A program made the position numbers and the translations under genes. From Macrostomum lignano (lineage: Eukaryota), in NCBI GenBank assembly GCA_002269645.1, contig NIVC01000945.1:124001-188000 (forward strand): a DNA stretch of 64,000 nt, read 5' to 3'. Under the pieces are notes generated by a model. The model saw nothing but the letters and a program-made list of their open reading frames with translations, was not told the origin of the DNA and ran no database searches. This document shows positions 1 through 18,792 of this stretch, one piece after another. Position 1 is the first letter of the stretch. The number at the start of each line of letters is the position of its first letter.

Positions 1-664
1 CATTTCAGTGGAGTGGCTAATGTACAGTATTGCTGAGCCAATTAGCAAGTTGTCCTATAATAAGGTTTCTAAACTTATCTAAGTAATTTTAGCTGCCTTT
101 GTTTTAACAAAATAGCTTATGTCTTCTTATTTGTTACTGAACTAAAAGTAGAAAGCTGTTTTAATAAGTACTCGCAAGTACTCGGAATGAGACTAAATTA
201 ATGAGATTAAATTGTACTCTTAGGCTTTTTCGCACCTATCAATCTTTAATATCCATCCAAGACCCGTGATCTGAACTCATAGCAGATAAAAGATTGTGCA
301 TCTCAACAGATTAAATTTTACCTCGTCATCCTCTTGATCCTCTTGACAGCAGGAAGTCGATATAGGACTTTGGCAGTGAGCCAGCTAATCCAATCTATCT
401 GATATCTTAATTACCAATTAATACATATATCTACCAGATCATATCTCTATGCAGATTCTTTGTTTGCTTTGTTCTCCATCAATCAAAATCCTATATTTAT
501 TGAGCATTTAGTTCTGTTTCCTGAATGCGCCTAATGAACTGTAATTGATGACATTGTGCACGATTTAGACTGGGCAGTTAAGTTAGTTCTTGGCAAATTT
601 ATACTGTTTCATTTTGGGTACCGGTTTTTTAGCTGGGCTATAGGCTCGAATAACCCTGATGCTT

Positions 665-1230
665 TATTGAGTTCGTAAATCTCCCAAATTGCCGAATCTC
701 CCACATCCTAAAATCTCCCACATTCCCAAATCTCCCACATCCCGAAATCTCCCAATTCCCAAATCTCTCACATTCCCAAATCTCCCACATCCCCAACTCT
801 CCCACATCCCCAACTCTCCCACATCCCCAAATCTCTCACATTCCCAATTCTCCCACATCCCCAAATCTCTCACATTCCAAATTCTCCCACATCCCCAAAT
901 CTCTCACATCATCAAATCTCCCACACCCCCGAATCTCACAATCTCCAAATCTCCCTCATCCCCAAATCTCTCACATCCTCAGATTTCCCACAATCCTGAA
1001 TTTTCCACATCTCTTAATCTCCAACATCCCCAAATCTTCCACATCTCCAAATCTCACACATTCCCAAATCTCACACATCCCTAAATATCCTATGTCTCTA
1101 AATCTCCAACATCCTCAAATCTCCCACATCCCCAAATCTCCCACATCCCCAAGTCTCACCCATCCCAGAATCTCTCACATCCCCAAATCTCCCTCATCCC
1201 AGAATCTCTCACATCCTCAAACACCCTGAA
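665..1230. repeat. Degenerate ~17-19 nt C-rich minisatellite (cccaaatctcccacatc) in KCNAB intron
   Basis: Tandem copies read directly. Confidence 0.9.
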
Positions 1231-1300
1231 TCCTACGTCTCATACATGTCATGCTATTCAGTCCAATATTCAACAATAAGCCTTCAAGCAAAGTTCTCAC

Positions 1301-2454
1301 CTAGACGTGCCCCAGTAGAATGCCCATCCCTGATTTATGCAGAAGGTAAACGCCCGCACAATTTCTTCCATTGGCGTGCCCGGATCCGGCCTACTAGCGA
1401 ACACGAGGTCCACGTAGGTCATGCGAAGCCGCCGCAACGAGTCCCGCAGGCCTTCGACTATGCGTTTCCTAGAAAGTCCGCCCTCGGAAGCCGCCGCTCC
1501 GCCCCATTGGTGAATTTTGGTGCTGATTACGTAGGACGAGCGACGCCAGGGCTTCTGCTGGAGGAGGCGGCCGAGCAGCTCTTCGGCTCCACCTGAGGCG
1601 TACACCTCAGCGGTGTCGAATAGATTGATGCCGCAGGCGTAGGCTAGGGTTAGTAGGTCGTCAGCTACGGAATCTGAAATTAAATGAAAAATGGCAGTCA
1701 GACAATCAGAATGAATGGAGAGAGAAATTAATGACAGGAAAGAGTGGATTCTGGGGTAGGAATTGAGAGCTAGGCGGGAGTGGAGTGATGTGTGTACTGG
1801 GGTAGGAATTGAGAGCCAGGCGGGAGTGGAGTGAGGTGGGTGCTGGGGTAGGAATTGAGAGCCAGGCGGGAGTGGAGTGAGGTGGGTGCTGGGGTAGGAA
1901 TTGAGAGCCAGGCGGGAGTGGAGTGAGGTGGGTGCTGGGGTAGGAATTGAGAGCCAGGCGGGAGTGGAGTGAGGTGAGTGCTGGGGTAGGAATCAAGAGT
2001 CAGGCGGGAGTGGAGTGAAGTGGGTGCTGGGGTAGGAAATATAGACACGGACAAGAAGGGAGTTAGGTGGGTGCCAGTACTTTACAGTTTTCATACCGGT
2101 ACAAGAGTACTAACCATCGATCTGGCCAGCAAAGGTGACCCAGGTGCCAAGACCGATGCGCGAAACTCGCAGTCCAGTCCTGCCCAAGTTGTTATAGTGC
2201 AGCTTAGTATCTAGTCGGTACAGTCCCTCTGGATTCTGCTGCTGGTGTTGCTGTTTTTGTTGATAATGCCACCTTTCTTCCGTTCTCCTTGGCGATGACG
2301 AATGAAAGTAGCTGGAAGTTGATGCCTGAGAGTAGGAGTCTTCTGCCCGGTGACGACGAATTCCGCCGCCGCTGGCGAGGGAGGCGGCAGACGCGGAGCC
2401 GGCGGGTGACGACAGGTGGGGTTCTGTAGCGCGCCGCTCCTTGATCAGCTCCAT
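1301..2454 (-). CDS. KCNAB: Voltage-gated K+ channel beta subunit (aldo-keto reductase family), 5' part; exons 2454-2115 and 1673-1301; downstream exons not found in window
   Basis: Splicing gives [27 protein letters not shown]|[25 protein letters not shown]...VISTKI...[44 protein letters not shown]...WAFYWGTSR, which are Kv-beta motifs. GT-AG sites at 2114/1674 (phase 1) and a donor at 1300. An in-frame acceptor at 2473 suggests a further upstream exon. Confidence 0.93.
1745..2070. repeat. ~44-nt minisatellite in KCNAB intron (ggggtaggaattgagagccaggcgggagtggagtgaggtgggtgct)
   Basis: About 6-7 tandem copies. Confidence 0.9.
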
Positions 2455-2526
2455 ACCGGATGTACGACGACTCTAAACAAAAAAGTTTGTTGACACAATT
2501 GAGCAACTTCAACTAGAATCAGACGC

Positions 2527-3645
2527 AGGTGAAGCGTGGCGTGAGGTGGGTGTCGGGAAGGGTAGGAAATCAGACACGAGTACAGCGCGGCGTGAGGTGG
2601 GTGTCGGGAAGGGTAGGAAATCAGACGCGAGTACAGCGCGGCGTGAGGTGGGTGTTGGGTGTCGGGAAGGGTAGGAAATCAGACACGAGTACAGCGCGGC
2701 GTGAGGTGGGTGTCGGGAAGGGTAGAAAATCAGACGTGAGTACAGCGCGGCGTGAGGTGGGTGTCGGGTGTCAGGAAGGGTAGGAAATCAGACACGAGTA
2801 CAGCGCGGCGTGAGGTGGGTGTCGGGAAGGGTAGAAAATCAGACGTGAGTACAGCGCGGCGTGAGGTGGGTGTCGGGTGTCGGGAAGGGTAGGAAATCAG
2901 ACACGAGTACAGCGCGGCGTGAGGTGGGTGTCGGGAAGGGTAGAAAATCAGACGTGAGTACAGCGCGGCGTGAGGTGAGTGTCGGGTGTCGGAAGGGTAG
3001 GAAATCAGACACGAGTACAGCGCGGCGTGAGGTGGGTGTCGGGAAGGGTAGAAAATCAGACGTGAGTACAGCGCGGCGTGAGGTGGGTGTCGGGTGTCGG
3101 GAAGGGTAGGAAATCAGACACGAGTACAGCGCGGCGTGAGGTGGGTGTCGGGAAGGGTAGAAAATCAGACGTGAGTACAGCGCGGCGTGAGGTGGGTGTC
3201 GGGTGTCGGGAAGGGTAGGAAATCAGACACGAGTACAGCGCGGCGTGAGGTGGGTGTCGGGAAGGGTAGAAAATCAGACGTGAGTACAGCGCGGCGTGAG
3301 GTGAGTGTCGGGTGTCGGGAAGGGTAGGAAATCAGACACGAGTACAGCGCGGCGTGAGGTGGGTGTCGGGAAGGGTAGAAAATCAGACGTGAGTACAGCG
3401 CGGCGTGAGGTGGGTGTCGGGTGTCGGGAAGGGTAGGAAATCAGACACGAGTACAGCGCGGCGTGAGGTGGGTGTCGGGAAGGGTAGAAAATCAGACGTG
3501 AGTACAGCGCGGCGTGAGGTGGGTGTCGGGAAGGGTAGGAAATCAGACACGAGTACAGCGCGGCGTGAGGTGGGTGTCGGGAAGGGTAGGAAATCAGACA
3601 CGAGTACAGCGCGGCGTGAGGTGGGTGTCGGGAACGGTAGGAAAG
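2527..3645. repeat. 45/51-nt minisatellite upstream of the KCNAB coding exon (gggaagggtaggaaatcagacacgagtacagcgcggcgtgaggtgggtgtc)
   Basis: More than 20 near-identical tandem copies with alternating variants. Confidence 0.95.
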
Positions 3646-5053
3646 CATAACAATTCATGAGGCAGTTTTCAGATTCAAAGTAAATGTCACTCAAAAAACT
3701 CACCAGTTAATTGAAGGCCTTTTATGATGTCATTTTTCCTCGTATTGAAGCTCTGAATCTCATTGCCTATGACGCTAGGTTGGAGAATTGTAGCGACCGT
3801 TAATATCCTCTTACGGGGATAGCTTCCAAAAAAACAGGATTGACGCTGGTTGGATGGCTCTGAAATATCTGGCCTACTAGCTACATGGACTTCTACAGAG
3901 TTCTAGGCATCTGGGAAACAGGGAATAACAATTGATCTAGTTTGCAATCCAGATCGAGTGACGGTTTTAGTAATCCATGGCTTATGGGTGGCTTATAGAG
4001 CGCTATATTTGCATTGGGTCGGCTTGATTCCTCTGGGCTTTTTGGGGGGAGAGCAAACAGGAGTGAGATAGATCGAGAGGATGAGAGAGAGAGAGATGAA
4101 GTCTTTATGGCCCGCCAAGCCATATACAGCAACTTGTATATATGAATGCTAATTCTTGAATGGAACCGCATTGCAATGCAATACGTGCGCCAATACATAC
4201 TTAATGCGCGCCTGGAGGGAGATCTGAGAGCTGCCTGATGGCGATGCCGGCACACAATATGATAGCCTATAGGGCCATAGGGATAAGTATAGAGGAACCC
4301 AGTTCACTGAGCTATCTATAGCCATATTTTAATACTGTGGCCCACACTAAAGTTAATTTGATTGAAGAAAATTCTCGACGTGATGAGCTTAAATTTCAAT
4401 AATAATTATTACGATGGATTAAGCGCTACTATGGTGGCAGCTGAATACTGCACAGACAAGCGCATCAACACTGTACGCGGGAACGAACTCGCACACACGC
4501 TCACACTGGGTGTACAGCAGCGGTCCTGACTTTCTAATCGTCAGGCATGTGCACTCGGTGAATCGCATGACACCCCTGGCCAATTTTCAATGCAAAAGCC
4601 TGAAATGAGTTTGGCGAGTTAGTTGTTGCAGAATCTGCCAATACATCGACAAATGGATGAAAATAGAATTTACCATAATTGTTCAAAGGTTTCAGAACGC
4701 TCACCAATTGCGTTAGTATAGCTGCGATTCGGAGGTTTGCGGGTCGGAGCCCCCTAAATGTAAAGCGAGACTTCTTTACTGATGGTATTTCAGTGTCCAG
4801 CTCTTATGCATTGCTCAGCTTAGTGCCTCTTGACCTCTTGATTGCTTTGCTAGCTACTATGAATTCATACGATAATATGAATTAAGCTGGTATCCCAAAA
4901 ACTCAACCCTTTTGGGGCGAATATTTAAGCATTTCTTAGAAGTAGAAATTCGTAAGATTTGTTTCTAAAAATAATTGCGTATCGAGTGCGCACGATACGC
5001 AAAACTCTGTTAGCGGATTTTCCGCGGAATTTCCGTCAGCTATAAGGTATAAC

Positions 5054-5886
5054 CAGGCGCGTCGCCACCGGGGGGGGGGACATGTCCCCTCCAGTAAAAG
5101 CTATGGGGTGACATGCCAATGCTTTGTCCCACACACCCCACCTTGTGACCCGTTGTGGTAATCAATAATTTTTCTTCAGGGCGCCAAATATAACGCCTTC
5201 GGCACCAAAATGAGTGCCTGCGGCGCCAAAAGGCCTGCGGCGCCAAACTGAGTGCCTGCGGCTCTAAATTGAGTGTCTGAGGCGCCAAAAGCAGTGCCTG
5301 CGGCGCCAAACTGAGTGCCTGCGGCTCTATATTGAGTGCCTGAGGCGCCAAGTGCCTGCGGCGCCAAACTGAGTGCCTGCGGCTCTAAATTGAGTGCCTG
5401 AGGCGCCAAAAGCAGTGCCTGCGGCGCCAAACTGAGTGCCTGCGGCGCCAAACTGAGTGCCTGCGGCTCTAAATTGAGTGCCTGAGGCGCCAAAAGCAGT
5501 GCCTGCGGCGCCAAACTGAGTGCCTGCGGTGCCAAACTGAGTGCCTGCGGTGCCAAACTGAGTGCCTGCGGCTCTAAATTGGGTGCCTGAGGCGCCAAAA
5601 GCAGTGCCTGCGGCGCCAAACTGAGTGCCTGCGGTGCCAAACTGAGTGCCTGCGGTGCCAAACTGAGTGCCTGCGGCTCTAAATTGGGTGCCTGAGGCGC
5701 CAAAAGCAGTGCCTGCGGCGCCAAACTGAGTGCCTGCAGCGCCAAAAGGAGCGCCTGTGGCGTCAAAAGGAGCGCTGACAACACGATTCTCAAAATAATG
5801 GAAATGTGGAATTTACTTATGTACATGTACATGTTGAATTCTTGGCTTTGTTCCCCACCACCATAAAATCCATGGCGACGCCCCTG
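5054..5886. mobile_element. Non-autonomous hAT-type DNA transposon, 833 bp, with internal ~21-nt tandem array
   Basis: 14-bp TIRs caggcgcgtcgcca / tggcgacgcccctg (1 mismatch) and a perfect 8-bp TSD ggtataac at 5046-5053 and 5887-5894. No transposase ORF. Confidence 0.85.
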
Positions 5887-6711
5887 GGTATAACTTTTGA
5901 TTGTAAATTATTATATACTTGCCGTTAAAGCGAAAAAATCGGATTTTTTTGCATAACAACTACTTGTAAGTAGAGTACGAGTATTTGTCATATTATTTAA
6001 GAAGTCGAGCATTCAATTTAAGATACGGCCAACCAAATTCAAGCCTCACGCTATAACACTTGTCTAGTTGAATTAAGACTTTAAACTCAGAGCCATTATA
6101 AATAAAAATTGTGCATTCTGTGATGCACATAGCTAACAAGTCTGCAACTGTCACAGCAACTGTGCCTTAGACAGTGTTTTAACCATAGACAATAGTAGAG
6201 ACATTCTTGAATGTTATGGGAGGCGTCTTCAGTTGAAAAAAATTGCCTTTAAATTGAGTAAACTTCTTACACAATACGTCTTGCCTATACAGTACAACGC
6301 TGCATTCTATTACTCAGAATGCATTTTGAGGACTCCTGCGAAAGCCGCAGCTGCAGACAGCCTGTGGTCGATTATTTATTGCTCTGGAAAGCAAGAAAAT
6401 CTGTTGGGGGTGTGGTAGAGATACGCTTGAAATTTTTCTTGGAATTATTGCAGTGAAAGAATGCCACCTTCCCATGGTTAGTTCATACCCGCCTCAATAC
6501 GATTATTTATAACATAATAGTCGCAGAAAAATGCTTTCTACGGAATTAAATAATATTTTAGCTCCTGGTCGGTTAGGAAAGAATTTAAATTTATATTAAT
6601 TGATTTTACTCTCGATATTTTGTGTGGCGTTTCACGTTTGACGGTAAGTTTGATGCATGGGAGCCCGACGTTTGAATACCGACAATTTATGCTGGTTTTT
6701 AGTTTGGGGTT

Positions 6712-7530
6712 AGGTTTTTAGGTTAGGGTTATGGTTTTTAGGTTAGGGTTATGGTTTTTAGGTTAGGGTAATGGTTTTTAGGTTAGGGTTATGGTTTTTA
6801 GGTTAGGGTTATGGTTGTTAGGTTAGGGTTATGGTTTTTAGGTTAGGGTTATGGTTTTTATGTTAGGGTAATGGTTTTTAGGTTAGGGTAATGGTTTTTA
6901 GGTTAGGGTTATGGTTTTTAGGTTAGGGTAATGGTTTTTAGGTTAGGGTTATGGTTTTTAGGTTAGGGTTATGGTTTTTAGGTTAGGGTAATGGTTTTTA
7001 GGTTAGGGTTATGGTTTTTAGGTTAGGGTAATGGTTTTTAGGTTAGGGTTATGGTTTTTAGGTTAGGGTTATGGTTTTTAGGTTAGGGTAATGGTTTTTA
7101 GGTTAGGGTTATGGTTTTTAGGTTAGGGTAATGGTTTTTAGGTTAGGGTTATGGTTTTTAGGTTAGGGTAATGGTTTTTAGGTTAGGGTTATGGTTCTTA
7201 GGTTAGGGTTATGTTTTTTAGGTTAGGGATATGGTTTTTAGGTTAGAGTTATGGTTTTTAGGTTAGGGTTATGGTTTTTAGGTTAGAGTTATGGTTCTTA
7301 GGTTAGGGTTATGGTTTTTAGGTTAGGGATATGGTTTTTAGTTTAGGGTTATGGTTTTTAAGTTAGGGTTATGGTTTTTAGGTTAGGGATATGGTTTTTA
7401 GTTTAGGTTTATGGTTTTTAGGTTAGAGTTATGGTTTTTAGGTTAGGGATATGGTTTTTAGGTTAGATTTATGGTTCTTAGGTTAGGGTTATGGTTTTTA
7501 GGTTAGGGATATGGTTTTTAGTTTAGATCA
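6712..7530. repeat. 20-nt satellite containing TTAGGG (ggttagggttatggttttta)n, interstitial telomere-like
   Basis: About 40 copies, decaying into degenerate ttagg/ttaggg sequence up to ~7735. Confidence 0.92.
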
Positions 7531-7789
7531 TAGTGTTATGGTTTTAGATCATAGGGTCAGATTTTTTAGGTAAGGATTAAGGTTTTTAGGTTAGGGTTAG
7601 GATTTTAGGTAAATTTATCGTTTTTATGTTAGATCTGTGGCTTTTAGACTACGTTTATCGTTTTCCAGGTTAGGGTTAGTGCTTTAGGTTAAGATTTTTT
7701 AGTTTTAGCTTCAGGTATTTTTTAGGTTTTGGTTAGTTTTTTTATTTTGCATTTACTTTTGACCATAGACTGCAGTCTGCTATACAAAC

Positions 7790-8143
7790 CTAGAGGCAGG
7801 GCGCTGTGTGCACATTGGCGCACTTTAGGCGACATTGTGTCACACAACCGGCGGGAGGCATTACTGAGCAGGCACAGGCACACAAGCGCGCGCGGATACG
7901 TACGCAGTCATACGCACAGGCACACTCTCACACAGGATTGTACAGCGGCCCTAACTGTATTTATCCTTCGGCAAAATGTACACTTCACTGTGCTTTGAGG
8001 GTTGGCCTTCAAGGCCGTTGATTGCACGAGCAGAGCCAAGCCGAGATTCCAATTTAGCTCCAAATTAATGCGCCTGCACTTGGAATCGAGCCTGGGCCGC
8101 TGGCACATCAGAACGCCGCGCCAGACCGCTAGGCTACGGCCCC
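7790..8143 (-). mobile_element. tRNA-derived SINE (family A)
   Basis: Minus-strand head ggggccgtagcctagcgg...ggctcgattcc with A/B-box-like motifs; body matches the copies at 13988-14488 and 49382-49749. Confidence 0.8.
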
Positions 8144-8712
8144 CTGAAGGATTAGATATATCTGTTCCAAATATGCAGTTAACCTACAGAAAGTGCATTT
8201 CTCGCCTCTTTCCCAGTCTCGTCCTTTTCCCGAGGAACAACAGCTTCTATGGTAATTTATCGGTTGTAGCCCAAACAAGGCCTGAGAAGTGTATATTTCT
8301 TAATCGTTTGGTCGGTCCATATGAGCCGACTGATTTATCAATTCTCAATTCGACTGTTCCACAGACCCCCTTTTGTGCCATAGACAATGAATAGGTGGAT
8401 TCTTCATAATAAAGATTAAACTGCTTGCTTCTTTCCAGTCTCTCCTAGCTTGTCGGCCTGGAAGTTCTGCATTATAAAGACTAAGTATATACATAGACTA
8501 GAGGACTTTTGATAAAGCTGTCGAATTTGAGCCATGAAAGCCAGCTATAAATGGACAAGAGAGTTTTAGCTGATAATGAAACGAGAATTTATCGACTTTG
8601 TAGACGCTTGATTAGGGACAGACGAGCTGAAAACCTGCTTTGCTTATTTGATGAAGCAGCCAATGAAATAAACGTTGTCTACATTTATTATGCTTTCCCA
8701 GAAGCTGCCGCC

Positions 8713-15946
<7,234 letters not shown>

Positions 15947-16035
15947 CTGAAAATTATACCATAAATATATTTGGTATTGAAATTCGCCATTCCATTGATC
16001 CTTGGTAATGACATGGCAAGAAAGCCTTGACTTAA

Positions 16036-16041
16036 AATAAA
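16036..16041 (+). terminator. Candidate polyadenylation signal of ceramidase
   Basis: AATAAA about 90 nt after the stop codon. Confidence 0.4.
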
Positions 16042-17594
16042 ATATTTGATGGCTGCATATGCATTTTATTGTTCAGTCACAGTTCCTTTTAAACTATAAT
16101 TTAGGACAGCTATTTATGCCTGGATTAATATTTATTCAGTGTTTCCTCTCCAAATTCGATTTTTGAGTCGAATCAGCAAAAATAATAAAATCTTGTTAGT
16201 GATGGGTTCGGCCTTTTTAAGCCTATCCTATAGCTTCGGGCCTCAGAACTCAAAAATGAATCACTTAAAGCTCTGGCCTCTCACTCCTGTCAGATGGTCA
16301 GCCCCATGGTAGCTAGATTGTGGGCGAGCAGCAAGGTCCTATAGCTAAGAGAAGACTGCGAGAGACAAGCAGGGAGAATTTGAAAGGTAGAGATTAGCTA
16401 ATCCGCAGATTAACTAACCCGCTGCCACCAGTCCGTGTGCCCCGGCTCACCAAACCGGAGCTATCGAAATCGGACTTCCGACTAGAGGGGCACTGCACTT
16501 ACCTGCCACCTAGTGTCTTTTAGCTGTCTAAATCTCGAAGTCATAGCCGAATAGAAGGGACGCTGCTGGGACTAAGATCGCATTGGCCATGCAGGAACAG
16601 AGAGGACTTTTGCAGGGGGTTCTTGCGCTGGCGAGCCTCTATCTAAATATACTAAATCTCTAAGGTTTGTATGCTTGAATGTCCATAACGTTACACTACT
16701 AAAAGTACTATTTCATTACCAAATTCCCAGAAGTACATGTACAAATACACGTAACTGCACACTTTTGGCACTAAATGTGTTAACACATCGACAGATAGCG
16801 TTGATGTAGGTGTATTGCCGCCTTTGGAGATCTTTAGACTAACATTTAACTCGTTTTAGCCGCTTATAGCTGCCTGAGACTGCGCGAAAGCACCAGTCTG
16901 GCACTTAATTTGCATGCTTATCGCAATTTCCGAGATCGACTGATTGACTGAGAACTGTGCCGCTTCCGGTCCACTGTGACCTCTGCCTCTAGATCTAGCC
17001 GCTCATCTCAGCTGGCATTGCGAAGAAAGAAAGAAAACACTAAGTCTTTAACTTCTAGAATTAACTTTCTTACTTAATCCGCAATCCTAAACACCTTAGA
17101 TTGAGTCAGAGCAAATGGCTACTTTTAATATTAACTGACACTTCTGCCTCAAGTTTGACACACAAAAAGTAAGTAAGCAAAAGTGCAAATCCTATCAGAC
17201 TACCTAGGAAGGGGTCAGACAAAGGGTGCACCCAGTTAAGCAGGTCAAGATAGCCTCTCACCAAACCAATCAGAGGACCTAACTGCCGGTAGCCAAGGGA
17301 TCCACAGAGACCGAAGCGCTCAGATGGGATGCTGCTGCTGATCTTAGCTGACGAGTGCCGCCGGTACTCTTCACTTGCCGATTGTCGTTGCTGCTCTTAG
17401 ATCACTGCCGGGAGATACTGCGATGATGCTTCTCAGGGGGAACTTAGCTGTTGAAGGGGGAAGGGGGACCAGACGTCGAAGACGCAGCAGATGCCGAAGG
17501 CCGAAAGGGCCGTCTAAGACGGGGTTAGGACCGTGCAAGAAGGGAGGTCCAAGCAGGCCAAGAGACCTTTTCGAGCGCGGGTTGAGTTGCCGCC

Positions 17595-17726
17595 TTTTAT
17601 AGCTTTCTCGCGGCCGATTTGTTATAACGCACGCCGAATGTTCTGATTGGCTGAGAGCTTTTGTTAAAATAGGCGCCGAATTTTCTGATTGGTCGAGCCG
17701 AGGGCAGTCCGGTCGACTCTGATTGG
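17595..17726 (-). promoter_or_regulatory. Pol II-type promoter: three CCAAT boxes plus TATAAAA, minus orientation
   Basis: ctgattgg motifs (ATTGG at 17646, 17688, 17722) and ttttata at 17595-17601. Confidence 0.55.
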
Positions 17727-18792
17727 CTGAGCTCAAGACCCCAAAACCCACCCCGCTAGGTGGCCTTCAGACCCCAGGGGAGTTGACAGGTGCAGTCATA
17801 AATCATGAGCAAAGCGCAATAAAAGTCCCTTGTCTAGACATCCTGGCGACAAAAGTGACAGCAAAACGCCCATAAATCAAAGGAGAAAGTAACAGAGCGA
17901 TGGGGGAGAGAGCTGGAAGACTTCTTTGACCCAGACAGGCTGGAGCCAAAAGTGACAGCTAGACCGCCATAAATCACTGAGAACAGTGAAAAAGCCACAA
18001 ATCTGGGGGTCAGAATGGGGTTGAAAACATTCCTCCCAGACTTAGTGTCGCCTGTCTAGATTGTTAGAGGTCAATCCGTCTCAAACCCAGACAGTCTGAC
18101 CTTCAAAGATGCGTAAACAATCCAAAATTAGAATCCTAAGAGAAGAGAAGTACCTAAGATAATTTTCTGATAATTAAGATAATTAATAGTAATGTCATAA
18201 ATTAGTATAGAACTTAGCCTAGGTGAGAGAACGGAGAGAAATTCCCAAGCTAGCCTACTGACAGTAGGGGAAAAGCGCATCGAAGCAAAATGTGCGGTTC
18301 TAAGATTGAAAAAGGGTGCGTCCTCATCATTAGTTTGTACTTGTACGTTTTAATCAATGATTAAAAAGTTCTCGGTTAGAGTTATCGCGGTTTATTCGAA
18401 TTTTTTTAACTTTAGGAGAAATTAACATTTTTGCCATTAAACCACTAAGCAAATTCTGAAGTATTTGACTACTTAAACGCAGTTCTATTTCAAATAGTGA
18501 TTGTTTTTTGTTATTATGTTGCTATCGTCAGTGTTCGCTTGCAACAAAATTTAAGTTGGAGCTTTTCTACAAAAGTTAAAACTTTAGTAAAGTCTATTTG
18601 CATAAGTGCTTTACTTAACGCGGATTAAGCAGGCTTAAGCTTATGGCCTTTGCCATTATTTGAACGCTCCTGTGCATCTGACTCAAGTATATATTAACTC
18701 AAGTAGTTTTAATTGAGTTAAGCAATATTTGGGTTTAGGTTCATTAGAGTTTGCTACGCTTACATTTTGTGCTCAATTTTAGGGAACTAACC

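Noticed and set aside
3893-4255. 120-aa minus-strand ORF upstream of KCNAB
   Set aside because: No recognisable similarity or splice linkage; neighbouring frames contain stops.
17499-17511. GGCCCTTTCGGCC (minus) resembling the histone 3' stem-loop
   Set aside because: Does not fit the 6-bp stem and 4-nt loop consensus, and there is no histone ORF upstream.
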